Of a stretch of 63,941 nt of DNA, positions 1 to 12,548 are shown one piece after another; the stretch's first letter is position 1; the number at the start of each line of letters is the position of its first letter. The stretch lies in NCBI RefSeq assembly GCF_001194135.2, contig NC_068981.1, forward strand, positions 145,859,963-145,923,903, read 5' to 3'. Below the pieces are notes generated by a model. It had not been told where the DNA came from, did no database searches, and saw only the letters and a list, made by a program, of their open reading frames with translations. The DNA is from Octopus bimaculoides. Its lineage: Eukaryota. The position numbers and the translations under genes are program-made.

Positions 1-348
1 CGAACTCTAAAATTGTTACACACATAGATACGCACAGCGTAATTTATTATATAAACAATATATGCGTATAAATTACGATTAAACCGGATGAAATATGTCA
101 CAGGGAATAACATTTTTATGACCGCCCAGCAGTAACTCTATTCAGCTGAATAGACGTCAGTGATTGGTTGAAATTGCAGAAATATGACAACTTTAACATG
201 GAATAACTTGCGATGTACGTTTTTTTGTTAAGAAGACTAAGAGTAAAAGATGTTTTATATGACACATTCTACCAGTGTCCCAAGTTTCAAAGTGTTTCGT
301 TAGTGTTTCGTTACGAAAATACTGGTGCCCCCGTTTTGAAATAGATCC
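1..348 (+). mobile_element. Right half of a non-autonomous TIR element (Merlin-like MITE family, subfamily I)
   Basis: Ends in ctggtgcccccgttttgaaatagatcc (reverse-complement TIR) at 348; nearly identical to 12985-13340 and 13810-13923; left end outside the window. Confidence 0.8.
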
Positions 349-949
349 GTAAAATTTAATAAACTGCTCGAAACTAACATTCCATTTCGTGTTTACTGTT
401 GGTATTACCATTATTCAAGGCTATTTGAATATTGTAAAACCATAAGAAACTCTTCCAACAAAGAAAAAGAAAAAAATAATGCGCGTAATAGCTATGCAAG
501 GGAAGCTANNNNNNNNNNNNNNNNNNNNNNNNNNNNNNNNNNNNNNNNNNNNNNNNNNNNNNNNNNNNNNNNNNNNNNNNNNNNNNNNNNNNNNNNNNNN
601 NNNNNNNNCATCAGAAATATAGAAAAAGTCCAAAGAAGGGAAGACGGAAAAAGAAAATTGCCAACGATACATACGCGGTCACATATTGAAATGACCGGAA
701 GAGAATAGGTGAAGAAAAAGTTCTTTCAAAGACGAGAGTGCAAGAGAAGGAAGTATTTATGGGTATGTGCATGCGTGCAGGTCTCGTGTACGTGCATGTG
801 TGTGTAGCTGTGACTGTTTATGTATGTGTGCTTGGACTTAGTATCGTTTAAGGTCATAGGAAGAACTTATAGTAAGAATTTTGGTGGGAGTGGCTGTCTG
901 TTGTGTGTCTACCTACACATGTGCGAAGGAGAATGGTCAGTAGAAAGGT

Positions 950-2493
950 ACTGGTAGTTTGAAGTATGTGTGTGTGCGTGTATGTATATGTAGTGTGTGT
1001 GTGTGTGTGTATGTATGTATGTGTATACGTGTGAGGTGTCTGTGGTGTAATTGTACGTTACTCTGTGGGTGTGCGTGCGTGTGCGTGCTTGTATGTGCGT
1101 GTATGTGTGTACATGTATCTATAATTGTGTGCGTGTATGTATGAGTGTGTGCTGTGTGTGTATGAGCGGTATGTGTGGGNNNNNNNNNNGTGCGTGTATG
1201 TATGAGTGTGTGCTGTGTGTGTATGAGCGGTATGTGTGGGTTCATTTGCGTGTGCGTGTATGTGTGTGTATATATGTGTGTGTATATATGTGTGTGAGTG
1301 TACGTGCGTGTGTACATGTGTGTATATGTGAGTGTGCATTTTGTGTGTGTGCATGTGTGTGTGGGTGTGTATGTGTATGTGCGTGTCGTTGTGCGTGCGT
1401 GTGTATGTGTGCGCGTGTGTATGTGTTTGCGTGTGTGCGTGTGTGCGTATGCCGGTATGTATACATGTATGTGTGGGGTTGTGAGTGTCAGGTATGTGTG
1501 CATTCGTGTGCGTGCATATGTGTGCGCATCTGTATGTGTGCGTGTGTGTGTATGTGCGTCTATATGTGTATGTGTATGTGTGTGCGTGCATGTGTGTATA
1601 TATTCGATATGTGTGCATTCGTGTGCGTGTGTGCGTGCGTATGTGTGCGTATGTGTGTGCGTGCGTGTGTGTGTGTGTGCGTCTATATGTGTATGTGTGT
1701 GTGTGCGTGTATGTATATATTGTGTGTGTATGTATATGTATGTGTGTGGATGCGGGTGTGTATACGTGTATGTGTGGGGTTGTGAGTGTTAGGTATGTAT
1801 GCATTCGTGTGCATGCGTANNNNNNNNNNNNNNNNNNNNNNNNNNNNNNNNNNNNNNNNNNNNNNNNNNNNNNNNNNNNNNNNNNNNNNNNNNNNNNNNN
1901 NNNNNNNNNNNNNNNNNNNNNNNNNNNNNNNNNNNNNNNNNNNNNNNNNNNNNNNNNNNNNNNNNNNNNNNNNNNNNNNNNNNNNNNNNNNNNNNNNNNN
2001 NNNNNNNNNNNNNNNNNNNNNNNNNNNNNNNNNNNNNNNNNNNNNNNNNNNNNNNNNNNNNNNNNNNNNNNNNNNNNNNNNNNNNNNNNNNNNNNNNNNN
2101 NNNNNNNNNNNNNNNNNNNNNNNNNNNNNNNNNNNNNNNNNNNNNNNNNNNNNNNNNNNNNNNNNNNNNNNNNNNNNNNNNNNNNNNNNNNNNNNNNNNN
2201 NNNNNNNNNNNNNNNNNNNNNNNNNNNNNNNNNNNNNNNNNNNNNNNNNNNNNNNNNNATTGTGTGTTGGAGGTATATGTGCGTACATGTATGTGTATGT
2301 ACGTGTGTATATGTGCGTATGTGCGTGTGTATATGTGCGTGTGTGTGTATGTGCTTGTGTGCATGTGTGTATGTGCGTGCGTGTGTATATGTGTGTGAAC
2401 GTGGAGACATGTGTCGGGATATGTGTGCGTTTTGTTGCGTGTTTGCGCGTGTGCTTGAGTTTGTATGCGTATGTGGTTGTCTGTAGGTGTGTA

Positions 2494-2541
<48 letters not shown>

Positions 2542-2610
2542 GGTATGTGTGTCTGTGTGTGCGTGGGGTTGTGTGGGTTAAGTATCTGTGCATTCCTGTG
2601 CGTGTGTATC
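950..2610. repeat. Compound (TG/TA/CG) cryptic microsatellite tract with assembly gaps
   Basis: Alternating purine-pyrimidine sequence; source of many spurious H/T/C/V/Y-rich ORFs. Confidence 0.95.
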
Positions 2611-2734
2611 ACACTTAGATCAAGTTAATGGTTGCTACATCGCCAGCATCTTCATAGGATCTTCAGAGAACCTACCCATAGCCGCAATGAACTTTGCAAA
2701 AATCTCTGATCTCAATCTATCTTCCAATAAGTAA

Positions 2735-3317
2735 TAATGATTTCAAATTTTGGCACAAGGCCATTAGTTTTTAGGGGAATGAGATTAGAGGATTACATAT
2801 CTGCCCAATGCTCAACCGGTGCTTACATTCTAGACCTGAAAGGCTGAAAGGTAAAATCGACCTCGACGGAATTTGAACTCAGGACGTAAAGGATGGGAAG
2901 AAATGTTGCTATGTATTTTGTCCAGCATGCACATGATTCAGCGAGCTCACCGCGGTAAAGATTCTGTTAGCTCCTGTCTGATTAGTAATAACGGTTTCAA
3001 ATTTTGGCACAAGGCCTGCAATTCCAGAGGAGGTCTATGTTGGTTACTAGCACTACGAGAATTATAGCAATTATTCACGAGTCTTAACTTAGTGCTCAAT
3101 TGGTACATATTTTATAGGCACAAGGCCTGAAACTTGAGGGGAGGAGCCTAGTCGATTATATCACTCCAGTGCGTAACTGGTATTTATTTTATTGACCCCT
3201 AAAGAATCAAAGGCAATGTCGACCTCGGCGGAATTTGAACTCAGAACGTAAAGACGGACGAAATTCCGCTAAGTATTTTGCCCGGCATGCTAAAGATTCT
3301 GCCAGTTTACCGCCTTC
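2735..3317 (-). mobile_element. Cluster of tRNA-derived SINE family A copies (Meta-domain-like core)
   Basis: Reverse complements of ...gagttcaaattccgccgaggtcgac.ttgcctttcatcc... and tails ttgtgcc...aatttgaaa; same family as 19880, 24000, 26110. Confidence 0.75.
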
Positions 3318-4304
3318 CTCTGATTAGCAATAATGAATGTAAAAACTATTGATAATAAATGGATGGTTATGTATGATAATGAATCCGAAGAAACATATAT
3401 AGAAATATAACATACTATGACTCACAACTCAGAGTCAAAAAATATCCTTCAGATGACACTTTCAACGTAACAGCTAGCTCTGCAAAACTCCCGTAACACA
3501 TTCTTAAACTCATTCTTTATGTATTTATAATCCAATGAAAAAACCCAATACACGCTCTATCAAAATATATACCCAATACCGTAATATTTGAATAACCGTT
3601 AAATCCTACAGCGGGGGAAAAGAAAACGCCGTCGAGCTCTTACCCTTTCTCTCCGTTTATACTTCAACTTTCGGAGAAAAAATAAAAATGGTTCAATGCC
3701 TTTCTGTATCTACCTCAATTCTTATAAATAATTTGATATTCAACATCACCCTGAAAAGAATCAGCTTAGATCGAAATAGGTATGAGATTCAAATTTTATG
3801 ATTTTATTATCTACAGAGTTAATGCAAAATGCATTAAAAACGAATCTGCGGTTAAACTGAAATTATTGTTTCAAAGAAACTAAATATGAAATGGAATTTC
3901 TGCACCCACTCCTTCATAAAGTAAAAGAGTCGGTCCAATGGCGGTTGATTTAATTTTCATTTTCATTTTCATGTTCGATCGTATGTGATTCCCGCTTTAA
4001 TCATGTGTGCATAACTGGAATATTCCTGTAGCGACGGCTTTATAAGAAGCCGATTTTGTCTCGATTAAGCCGAAGACAATTCGGTCGTCCCTCGCTTCAG
4101 TCGTAGACAATTCTCCTCTCAAGCTGTTCTCATAGCTCCATACTCAAGCCAACGCGATTTTCCTGATAGCTATTTTCACTGCTATATATTTGATGCTGTC
4201 AAATTTATTAAGATTTAAAGTTTCATTGGAAATAGAAATTATACCACTCAATGATTTGTTCAGTATATATAAAAAAATGCATATAAATTATAATTTTTAC
4301 TTAC

Positions 4305-4503
4305 ATTCTTCTATTTGGTCCCCAATCAATACTATTAAACTGGTGCAGTAAAAATATAGACTAACAAAGATAACTACAGATGACAACGTACGATATTTCT
4401 CTCCGTAGAAATCAAACACAATATCTTGAAGACTTGATCTTTGGGTTTTATCGGTGGTATATGCCACAATTAACATTGAAATTAACGAAAGACCACCAAG
4501 AAT
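4305..4503 (-). CDS. SLC38A7: SLC38A7-like sodium-coupled neutral amino acid transporter, coding exon 3
   Basis: Acceptor catttcag, donor gtaagt; encodes ILGGLSLISMLIVAYTTDKTQRSSLQDIVFDFYG...CTSLIVLIGDQIEE, matching SNAT7 TM2-TM3 (TCIAFLIIIGDQ); phase 0 in, phase 1 out. Confidence 0.85.
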
Positions 4504-5044
4504 CTGAAATGAAATGATAAAAGAAAAATAGGAATTTATAAACATAGAGATGTGATATTCTTTTGTTTCAACATTCATCATCCTTAAACTTTAAGTTCGT
4601 TATCTTAATAGTACAGTCTCTTTAACCATGTAATCTCATACTGTGTTGTCATATCTGCATTCTATTCAGTGCAATGTGACAAATTGATATCACAATAAGA
4701 TAATATCTAAGTATTTGTTTGGGTCAAATATCTATAGACATTGCAGTTATTTAGCAGAGAAACATTTTAAAGTTTGCTATATATATTTAGATACAGTAAA
4801 AATGATTTAAAAAATAACTGCCTCAAACTACAACGGATAGGCTCTACGTGGTCACGCGTCCTTATTAGAAAAGTAGCTTAGTCTTCACTTAATCATATTC
4901 TACCAAATTAAATAAGGAGATAATGTTTTGGATACTGTAGCCCTACATATTTCTAAAAGACGAGGAGATCGCGACTGAAATGTTACTGGTGCCTTTTTAG
5001 CAAACCGTCTGCCTGGACATTTATACTTCAGCGTGAAGTCTATC

Positions 5045-5175
5045 ACGTTAACTCTAACGGTAAGCCGTAACTGTAACCCAAAACTCTAACTATAACTTAA
5101 AAACCCTGACCCTGATCCCTAACCCTAATCCAAGACCCTAACACAACCCAAAACCCTAGCCCATTCCTAACTCAG
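5045..5175 (+). repeat. Degenerate (TAACCC)n telomere-like tract
   Basis: ccctgaccctgatccctaaccctaatcc...ccctaac; probably the core of an old repeat. Confidence 0.6.
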
Positions 5176-5831
5176 ATCAGGTCATTTGACAATCTAGATT
5201 AAAAATACTGCGGTAGATCGCACGCAAAAGTAGCAATATGGCATTAATCTAATCCTAGATTTGTTCGAGCTGGGCTGAAATGGGAGTAAGCAATAACTGC
5301 ATAAAGACACGCCAATGAGTATGACCCTACGCAGTCGGTCACCTTTCTCAAACCACACCAACACTCTTTAACAGAAAAGCTTCGGTGTAAAATAGTCCTA
5401 TCTTTAAAACAGAATGTTTGTCGATTGATGAGGATAACATTGAAATTTAACTTAGTTCATAAATATGCATTAACCAGTATGATTGTGATCTCTTAAAGAT
5501 TTCAAGATTAGAAAGTAGGTAATTGTTATATCCTTTCTTAAGTGTATTAATGCCAAAGGATGAGATATAAATTGAACTGGCGATCAAATATTTTGATTGT
5601 CGGTTCAGTTGCATCTCTGCACCACAAATGCATGAATAAAATACGCAAACAGCTCACTGATATGATATACAGGGTGGGTGTCTCATAATAATGGAGCACA
5701 TTTTGAACGCAAGTAAATAGAACTGCAACAAGCACAGATATTAAGGAAAGTGTATAATAGCAGATCATTTCCCCCCCCCCCCATTATTATGACCTTGTAT
5801 TTATACACGAAGAAACGGAAAATATACTTAC

Positions 5832-5953
5832 GCAATGAATGCTGATAGCTATCGCTAAATTGTCTACATTTTGATATGCTTCAGGAAGATTTATTATACC
5901 AATACCTACTGTTGCATTGAGTAAAAGGAAACCAGCAGTAACGTTCGTAGATT
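5832..5953 (-). CDS. SLC38A7: SLC38A7-like transporter, coding exon 2 (TM1)
   Basis: Acceptor tttgttgcag, donor gtaagt; encodes (E)STNVTAGFLLLNATVGIGIINLPEAYQNVDNLAIAISIHC, the SLC38 TM1 motif (SNAT7 NACLGAGLLNFP); phases fit both neighbouring exons. Confidence 0.85.
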
Positions 5954-6311
5954 CTGCAACAAATACACAATACAGTAAATGCTGAGAAAAAGGCAATTAC
6001 TTTTATTGATCATATCATGTGGAAAGGCATAAAGCAATTCTGAAATCAGTGTTTATATATATAGCAGACATATTTCGTCTTTCGAATGGAAATTTCTCCT
6101 ACAACAAGTAAATATGGTTTATATTCCATAGGATAGAAGAATAATTGTGGTTATGGAGTTAATTCGAACTACATGCGATCGACCACTGTGTCATACCTTG
6201 CGCGACTGTGGTCTACCATAGATTATATCCAACAAATACCGTATGTAAAATTAGGTAGGCGGAAACTGCGTCGAAGCGAATTACGTATGTATGTATGTAT
6301 GTATGTATGTA

Positions 6312-8570
6312 TTTTCTCTTTCTCTTTTTAAATAGAATAAATTTTCACTGGTCCCTTACTTTGTAACAAGGGAGTGAAGGAAAGCAGCATATTTTACACA
6401 CCATCCTTTAAATATTAGGAGGGTCTTGCAGATTTTTATAGTCCCAGATATCATGATCATTTGTAGTGTATGATATAAGGAGTTGTGTTCACTCACCAAA
6501 ATCCTAAGTTTAGCCATTTTTTGCTCCAGACCGGTCGTTCCAATAATAATAGGTATCAACCTGAAACTGTATTTTGAGTATTGGATTTGCAAACTCATTA
6601 TCAATGGTAATGACATCTGGGTCTAGAGGCCAACTGATTTCCAGAACAAAACAAATGTTTTCCTTGTGGTCTCACACAACAATATATGACTTGTGTTTTA
6701 ACTTGGTTGTTATTTTAATTTTTAAGTTTCATCAATATTCCTGTTTTGACCCATCGGTCACAATATGCTCAATTTCATCTATAGGTGATTTCTGCTTTGC
6801 TATCCTGTTACAGACTGTTCTGGCCACTACATCATGCCTTTTGAGAAGATAATATCTGATAACACATTCTCCTGTAGTTGGCAATAACATGATTGATGTC
6901 TTCAGCCTTTATCTTTCACATTTGTTGTCAGTCATTTGTTATCTCTCAACGATTTTTGTCTTTAAATGCTGTAGGTTCTTGGTGGGAATCTCATGTTGTT
7001 ATACTACATGGAAGTAGCCTTCGAAGTGTGATGTCATAAACTTGTCAGTACTCCATGCTAAGCTTTTGACATGATAACTCCTTTCTATGGTTGTGTTTTT
7101 CAAGCCAAGTACTCATGTGCTATCTTCATAGTGAATCGGTCCCTTTTTTTATTCTGTTCTTATAAATAGACTTTACCTACGCGCCTTGGGAGAGATATGT
7201 ATCAGTTGTTATTCCATATCTCAAGTTCATTATCTAGTTCAACATTATGGGTTTCGCGGTCACAAACTTGGGAAAGATAGTTACTGGCCTCGTTCTTCTG
7301 TTGGAGTTGTTATTTCAGTGTCAAAATACGTGCTTCATATGACATTAATACAGATTTGAGACACGGCCACCATCCTTGCGTAGGAAGCATAACCTGTCTC
7401 CATTTTCCTTAATGTTCAAGTTTCCTGTAACACTGAGCAGTTTACGAGTTCGAACATCTATCTCATTGAGTGCTTCTACTGACCAGTTCAGAAGACCAGA
7501 CGTAGGCGTGGGAACAGGCATTGCAGAGGTGTTGTGGGCAATATGCTTTTTGTCAGCTGAGTATTCTAGGTCCTCTCCTTATTTATGGGTCCATTATGTC
7601 TGACATTCTCATCTTGACCAAGATACATATAATTGTCACATGACTACAAAGGTTGTATTGTCAAGCCGTTCATTTTTAGGTTTTCAGAAGAGGGCACAAC
7701 TTTTCCACGTCTTATTGTCAAATATACACATTTGAACTCACAAATTTCTTGCCAATGTCGGTAGAAAATTGTGCTGTGCAGTCCAGTTGGTTTTTTTTTT
7801 TTTTTTTTTGAGTAGTTGGTATTTGTCCAGTATAACTTCAGGTTGTCAATAAAGACAATACGGGAAATACTTCTGGATCCACTTCTAAGGTAACTATGCT
7901 TTGTGAACAGGTATGATAGACAGCTTAACGAGAGGACGAAGGGAAACACCAACAGACTATCACCCTGACAGATTCCTTTTTGGTAGCGAATGCTATCCAA
8001 CTCGATTTGCTCCTTATCACTCTTAAGGGTCAAAGTGGTTGTAGCACTTTGGCTAACTGTAAAACTCTTAAGGGTCACTAGTGGTTGTAGCACTTTGGCT
8101 GACTGTAAAACCCAAATAATCCACCCATGTGGTGTACTATCAAAAACCTTCTGGTAATCCAGTCATATTATAGTTAATTCCTTGCGATTTTTATTGTTTT
8201 TCCCTGGATCATTTTGTTGCTTAATTGCTGCTGTATACACCCATACACCTCTTATCCTCTAGCATGCTCAGGCCTTACAATGATGTTAAGGCTATTGGGC
8301 GGTAATGTTTAGCAAAGATAGTGTGGCTATTTTGGGAGGATGAGGAGAGTAGTTGCAATTGATAACCAATGGATCAGTTCTTGTGTCCTTGATCCTTTCT
8401 CCTTACGACTGTACGAGATCTCGCAGATAAAACGTGAAATTCTTCAACCAGGAACCCATTATGAGATCTGGGTCTGGAGATTTTCTGTTTGACATTTTTG
8501 TAAAACTGCTTCCAGTATTTCACCGTCTATTTTATATTGTTTTTACTTGTCATGCTGGCAGTAGTCCTGC
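6312..8570 (-). mobile_element. Degenerate R4/Dong-like (RLE) non-LTR retrotransposon
   Basis: RT remnants KGICQGDSL and IVFIDNLKLY (7644-8093); C-terminal IIPIIIGTTG...LQMIMISGTIKICK (6356-6616); many stops. 9540-10200 may be its 5' continuation (weak). Confidence 0.75.
8022..8110. repeat. About 45-bp tandem duplication
   Basis: ttaagggtca...gtggttgtagcactttggct.actgtaaaac occurs twice head to tail. Confidence 0.85.
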
Positions 8571-10253
8571 TGCAGTTCTTTTAACCATATACTCGCTTGT
8601 TGAATTACCGTAATTCCTCGAGTATAGTCCATCCTTGAGTATAATACGCAGGGGATTTTTAGGAGGCTGTACCTCTGAAAAACCTAAACCTTGTGTATAA
8701 TACGATCACTTCTCTAACTTGAGTCTAGGAGGTCTATATAACGTCCTTAGTTTGTAAACATATATACGGTAACGTCCTTTATTATTATTGTATATATAAC
8801 ATAATGCAAACGTGTAGCTTTTTGTGCCCTTTGTTTGCAGAAAATAAAGAAATAACAGTAATAACGTCAGTGAAAAATAAATATTAAGTAANNNNNNNNN
8901 NNNNNNNNNNNNNNNNNNNNNNNNNNNNNNNNNNNNNNNNNNNNNNNNNNNNNNNNNNNNNNNNNNNNNNNNNNNNNNNNNNNNNNNNNNNNNNNNNNNN
9001 NNNNNNNNNNNNNNNNNNNNNNNNNNNNNNNNNNNNNNNNNNNNNNNNNNNNNNNNNNNNNNNNNNNNNNNNNNNNNNNNNNNNNNNNNNNNNNNNNNNN
9101 NNNNNNNNNNNNNNNNNNNNNNNNNNNNNNNNNNNNNNNNNNNNNNNNNNNNNNNNNNNNNNNNNNNNNNNNNNNNNNNNNNNNNNNNNNNNNNNNNNNN
9201 NNNNNNNNNNNNNNNNNNNNNNNNNNNNNNNNNNNNNNNNNNNNNNNNNNNNNNNNNNNNNNNNNNNNNNNNNNNNNNNNNNNNNNNNNNNNNNNNNNNN
9301 NNNNNNNNNNNNNNNNNNNNNNNNNNNNNNNNNNNNNNNNNNNNNNNNNNNNNNNNNNNNNNNNNNNNNNNNNNNNNNNNNNNNNNNNNNNNNNNNNNNN
9401 NNNNNNNNNNNNNNNNNNNNNNNNNNNNNNNNNNNNNNNNNNNNNNNNNNNNNNNNNNNNNNNNNNNNNNNNNNNNNNNNNNNNNNNNNNNNNNNNNNNN
9501 NNNNNNNNNNNNNNNNNNNNNNNNNNTTTTTCAGCTGAAACCATGAGTTTCAGCTGGTGCAGTTTGGAGTTTAGGTTTTCGAATCCTGTATCACTAAATC
9601 ACCCCTCTAGTTTTTTTTTTTTTTTTCTGAGCTCTTTCTGATGCCGTATCAAGTTGTTCTCTGTATTACATTTTATAACTAAAACAATCTGTGAGATACG
9701 TTTTCGCAGAAATAAAATTTTATTCTTTAAGTACATACCGATGCTCCTTCAGGCTTTCCACTTCAATCTCGATCGCGTGGTCTCAGCTCTTTGCTATACG
9801 TTAGTAACATAATAGCTGAGATATATGTCAAAGCATTAATAGTTTTGTAGGTTGTCTTCATATATAACTGGACAGTGTGACCTTCGGATATTTGTTTACT
9901 ATTTCGTTTACTGCCTCTAATTCTAATTTACTTGGTTCTTTACTTATACCTGGTGTTGTATGGCCTGTCATTTAAATTAAGGTCATGGACCTGTTGAAAT
10001 ATATCATTTAAGATCACTCATGAAGCGTCTATAAGTTTTCGGTGTTCTTCTGTTTGTACAGTATAGGTATAGATTTCAGCTATTATTGTTGGTGCATGCA
10101 TAGACATGGCGCCTTCATTATCAGACGTACAGGCATAAACGACTGTTTAAAAATGCCGTTCTGAACGTTTCCTTCCATAGTTATGCGACTCATCCAGCCT
10201 AAATGAATATCTGTCATAAATGAGAGGAACTTCTTTTTTGTACCAACTGAATT

Positions 10254-10416
10254 GAAAAGATTTTTTCTTACTAAAGATTTTCGTTTCATCTAATGATCCA
10301 TCAGATTATTTAGAAAAGAAGATGAATTTTCCAATATATATTTGGGAAAACCTTTGGGTATTTTAAGATTCGGTATAAAATGAAATATATGGTGAAAAAG
10401 AGGATTTATAAATTTA
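10254..10416. repeat. Left copy of a 163-bp direct duplication flanking the TIR element
   Basis: Matches 11233-11427 with about 7 substitutions and one ~11-nt indel. Confidence 0.85.
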
Positions 10417-11232
10417 GGATCTTTCTGAATTGACGGGCACCACTTGTTTTCTTAACGAAACACTTTCAAACTTGGGATACTGGTAGAATGTATCATATAA
10501 AACATCTTTTTCTCTTAGCCTTCTAAACAAAAATTTATATATTGCAAGTTATTTCATGTTAAAGTTGTCGTATTTCTGTAATTTCAACCAATCACTGACG
10601 TCTATTCGGCTGAATACAGTTACTGCTGTTTTTGTAAACAATAATTTTTGCCGGTGTCAAGATTGTTATTCTCTGTTAATCCCTATTAAGGGTTATTCCT
10701 AGTAAAAGTTATAACCCTAGTTATTCCTTAGTAAGGATTTAGGGTTTTAGGGTTAGGGTTCGGGTCTTAGAGTTAGGGTTAGGGTTTTAGGGTTACGGTT
10801 ACGGTTATGAGTTAGGTTATGGCAAAAATAATCATAACGTTAACCTAAACCCTAAAACTAACCCTAACTCTAAAATCATAAAGCTAAAACCAGTACAAAC
10901 GCACGAACGATGTCATAAATAACAGTACAACCGATAGCTGTTGTTGACAAACAACGGCACTAATTTTATTCAAGGGAAAAGATCCCATGACACTGTTAGA
11001 ATATGTTGTTTACATTCCACGGCAGTAATTGTTTTCACCTCAATAGACGTCAGTGATTGGTTGAAATTACCGAAATACGGCAATTTTTTACATGAAAAAA
11101 TTCGAATACAACATTTTTTATCTGTTCTATAACACAAAATATACAAGTATTCGAAGTTTGAAAGTGTTTCGGTACCAAAAACACTACATAAAACATAAAT
11201 GAAAAGTGGTGCCCGTCAATTCAGAATGATCC
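10417..11232 (-). mobile_element. Complete non-autonomous TIR element (Merlin-like MITE, subfamily II)
   Basis: 29-bp TIRs ggatctttctgaattgacgggcaccactt / aagtggtgcccgtcaattcagaatgatcc (1 mismatch), longer imperfect inverted arms, internal ttaggg/taaccc tracts; no ORF. Confidence 0.85.
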
Positions 11233-11427
11233 GAAAAGACTTTTTCTTACTAAAGATTTTCNNNNNNNNNNNNNNNNNNNAGACTTTTTCTTACTAAAGA
11301 TTTTCGTTTCATTAGATTATTTAGAAAAGAAGAGGAATTTACCAATATATATTTGGGAAAACGTGTGGGTAATTTAAGATTCGGTATAAAATGAAATATA
11401 TGGTGAAAAAGAGGATTTATAAATTTA
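11233..11427. repeat. Right copy of the 163-bp flanking duplication (interrupted by a small N gap)
   Basis: gaaaagac...ggatttataaattta repeats 10254-10416. Confidence 0.8.
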
Positions 11428-11489
11428 CTTTGCAGATGTTAAAAGAACAACACAAATATAAAAACGAAAAAACTGGGAACTACCATATT

Positions 11490-11710
11490 TTATGTTCAAT
11501 AAAGAGACAGAAAGAGAAGAAGAGAAAGCGAGGTGGAGAATAAGAATGAGGAGGAGGAGTAAAAGAAGAAAAGATGAAGTGGAAGGAGGAAGACGAGGAG
11601 AGGAAGGACGAGAAGAGGAAGACGAGGAAAAGAAGTGAGGACGAGAAGGGGGTAATGTAAGAAAAGGAAGACGACGACAACAACAACAATGACGACGACG
11701 ACGATGACGA
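11490..11710. repeat. Purine-rich low-complexity tract with (GAC/AAC)n
   Basis: gaggaggaa/gacgac/aacaac runs. Confidence 0.8.
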
Positions 11711-11802
11711 CTTAGAAAAGATATTCTGTGATCTGTTCATATGTTTGATGGGATAGTTCTGTATCACAAATGTTATTACAAACATTAATTAAGATAGTTT
11801 AC

Positions 11803-11998
11803 CTGCATCATTTTTTGCTTCTCTTGTGTTAATGGAGACACTGTTACTGGAACTGGAATCATCATTTGTTGTACTGATGGAACTATTATTACAAGCATTC
11901 AAATCCTTATCTACTGAACGGTAAAAGTTACTCTGCTCATTGAAACCAGAATTGCGCACCTTTTCACTATTATGTAAAATGTGCGACTTTTCCGACAT
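11803..11998 (-). CDS. SLC38A7: SLC38A7-like transporter, first coding exon (N-terminal cytosolic tail)
   Basis: ATG at 11998; MSEKSHILHNSEK...REAKNDA+G, donor gcag/gtaaac; phase 1 completes GAA with exon 2; EKSHIL is a [DE]xxx[LI]L motif; candidate acceptor ttttctacag at 12141. Confidence 0.65.
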
Positions 11999-12548
11999 AA
12001 TTATGTTGTTTCCAATATGATAAGTTTTTTTTTTTGCCAATAGTTAGTGTATATAGACAAATGCTCCTAGATACACTCAAATTTTGTATGATTTAAGAGA
12101 AGTATGCAACGTGTATAAAAGTTACAAAGTAAATGACATACTGTAGAAAACTGAGAATTACAATCCTATATATAGACATTTAGAAAATTTATTTTCCATT
12201 GTTAGTCAAAATGCATTAAGTACCTTAGCATTAAAAAATTAATATCATAAATTAAAATCATTTCAATGCTTTTACAACTTGTGAATCATTTGTTTAACAA
12301 ATAAATGTTCTACATTATAAGATATCGATTATCTCTCCGTTGTTTACCTGGTTCATATTATTTAACTGCAGTTTTTTATGAATATAGATCAAGTTCCACT
12401 AAATTAAAACTCATGCAAATAATTGGCATTAAATGTCGTCAGTAATCTTGTGCTGTGTTACAGAATGCCGCTTAATGTATCCAGCGTTATTGTATTCATT
12501 TTGATCTTCATGTGTCACTTTTTTCGTTATAACAGTGTTCTCAGTTTA

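Noticed and set aside
1130-1240. Identical sequence on both sides of short N gaps (also 11233-11305, 12720-12915, 28500-28630)
   Set aside because: Typical of overlapping contig ends joined with a placeholder gap; not counted as real duplications.
937-2628. Long ORFs rich in H/T/Y or C/V/M (also 27034-27442 and 48400-48630)
   Set aside because: Translations of dinucleotide-type microsatellites and N gaps; no coding signal.
3640-3750. Minus-strand segment with good acceptor (ttcttttcag) and donor (gtaaga) as a possible fourth SLC38 exon
   Set aside because: Stops in all three frames and no SNAT7 similarity.
10739-10872. True telomere or chromosome-fusion site
   Set aside because: Short, degenerate and enclosed in a repeated TIR element.
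11480-11785. Ser/Phe/Leu-rich 101-aa ORF
   Set aside because: Low-complexity purine tract in an intron.
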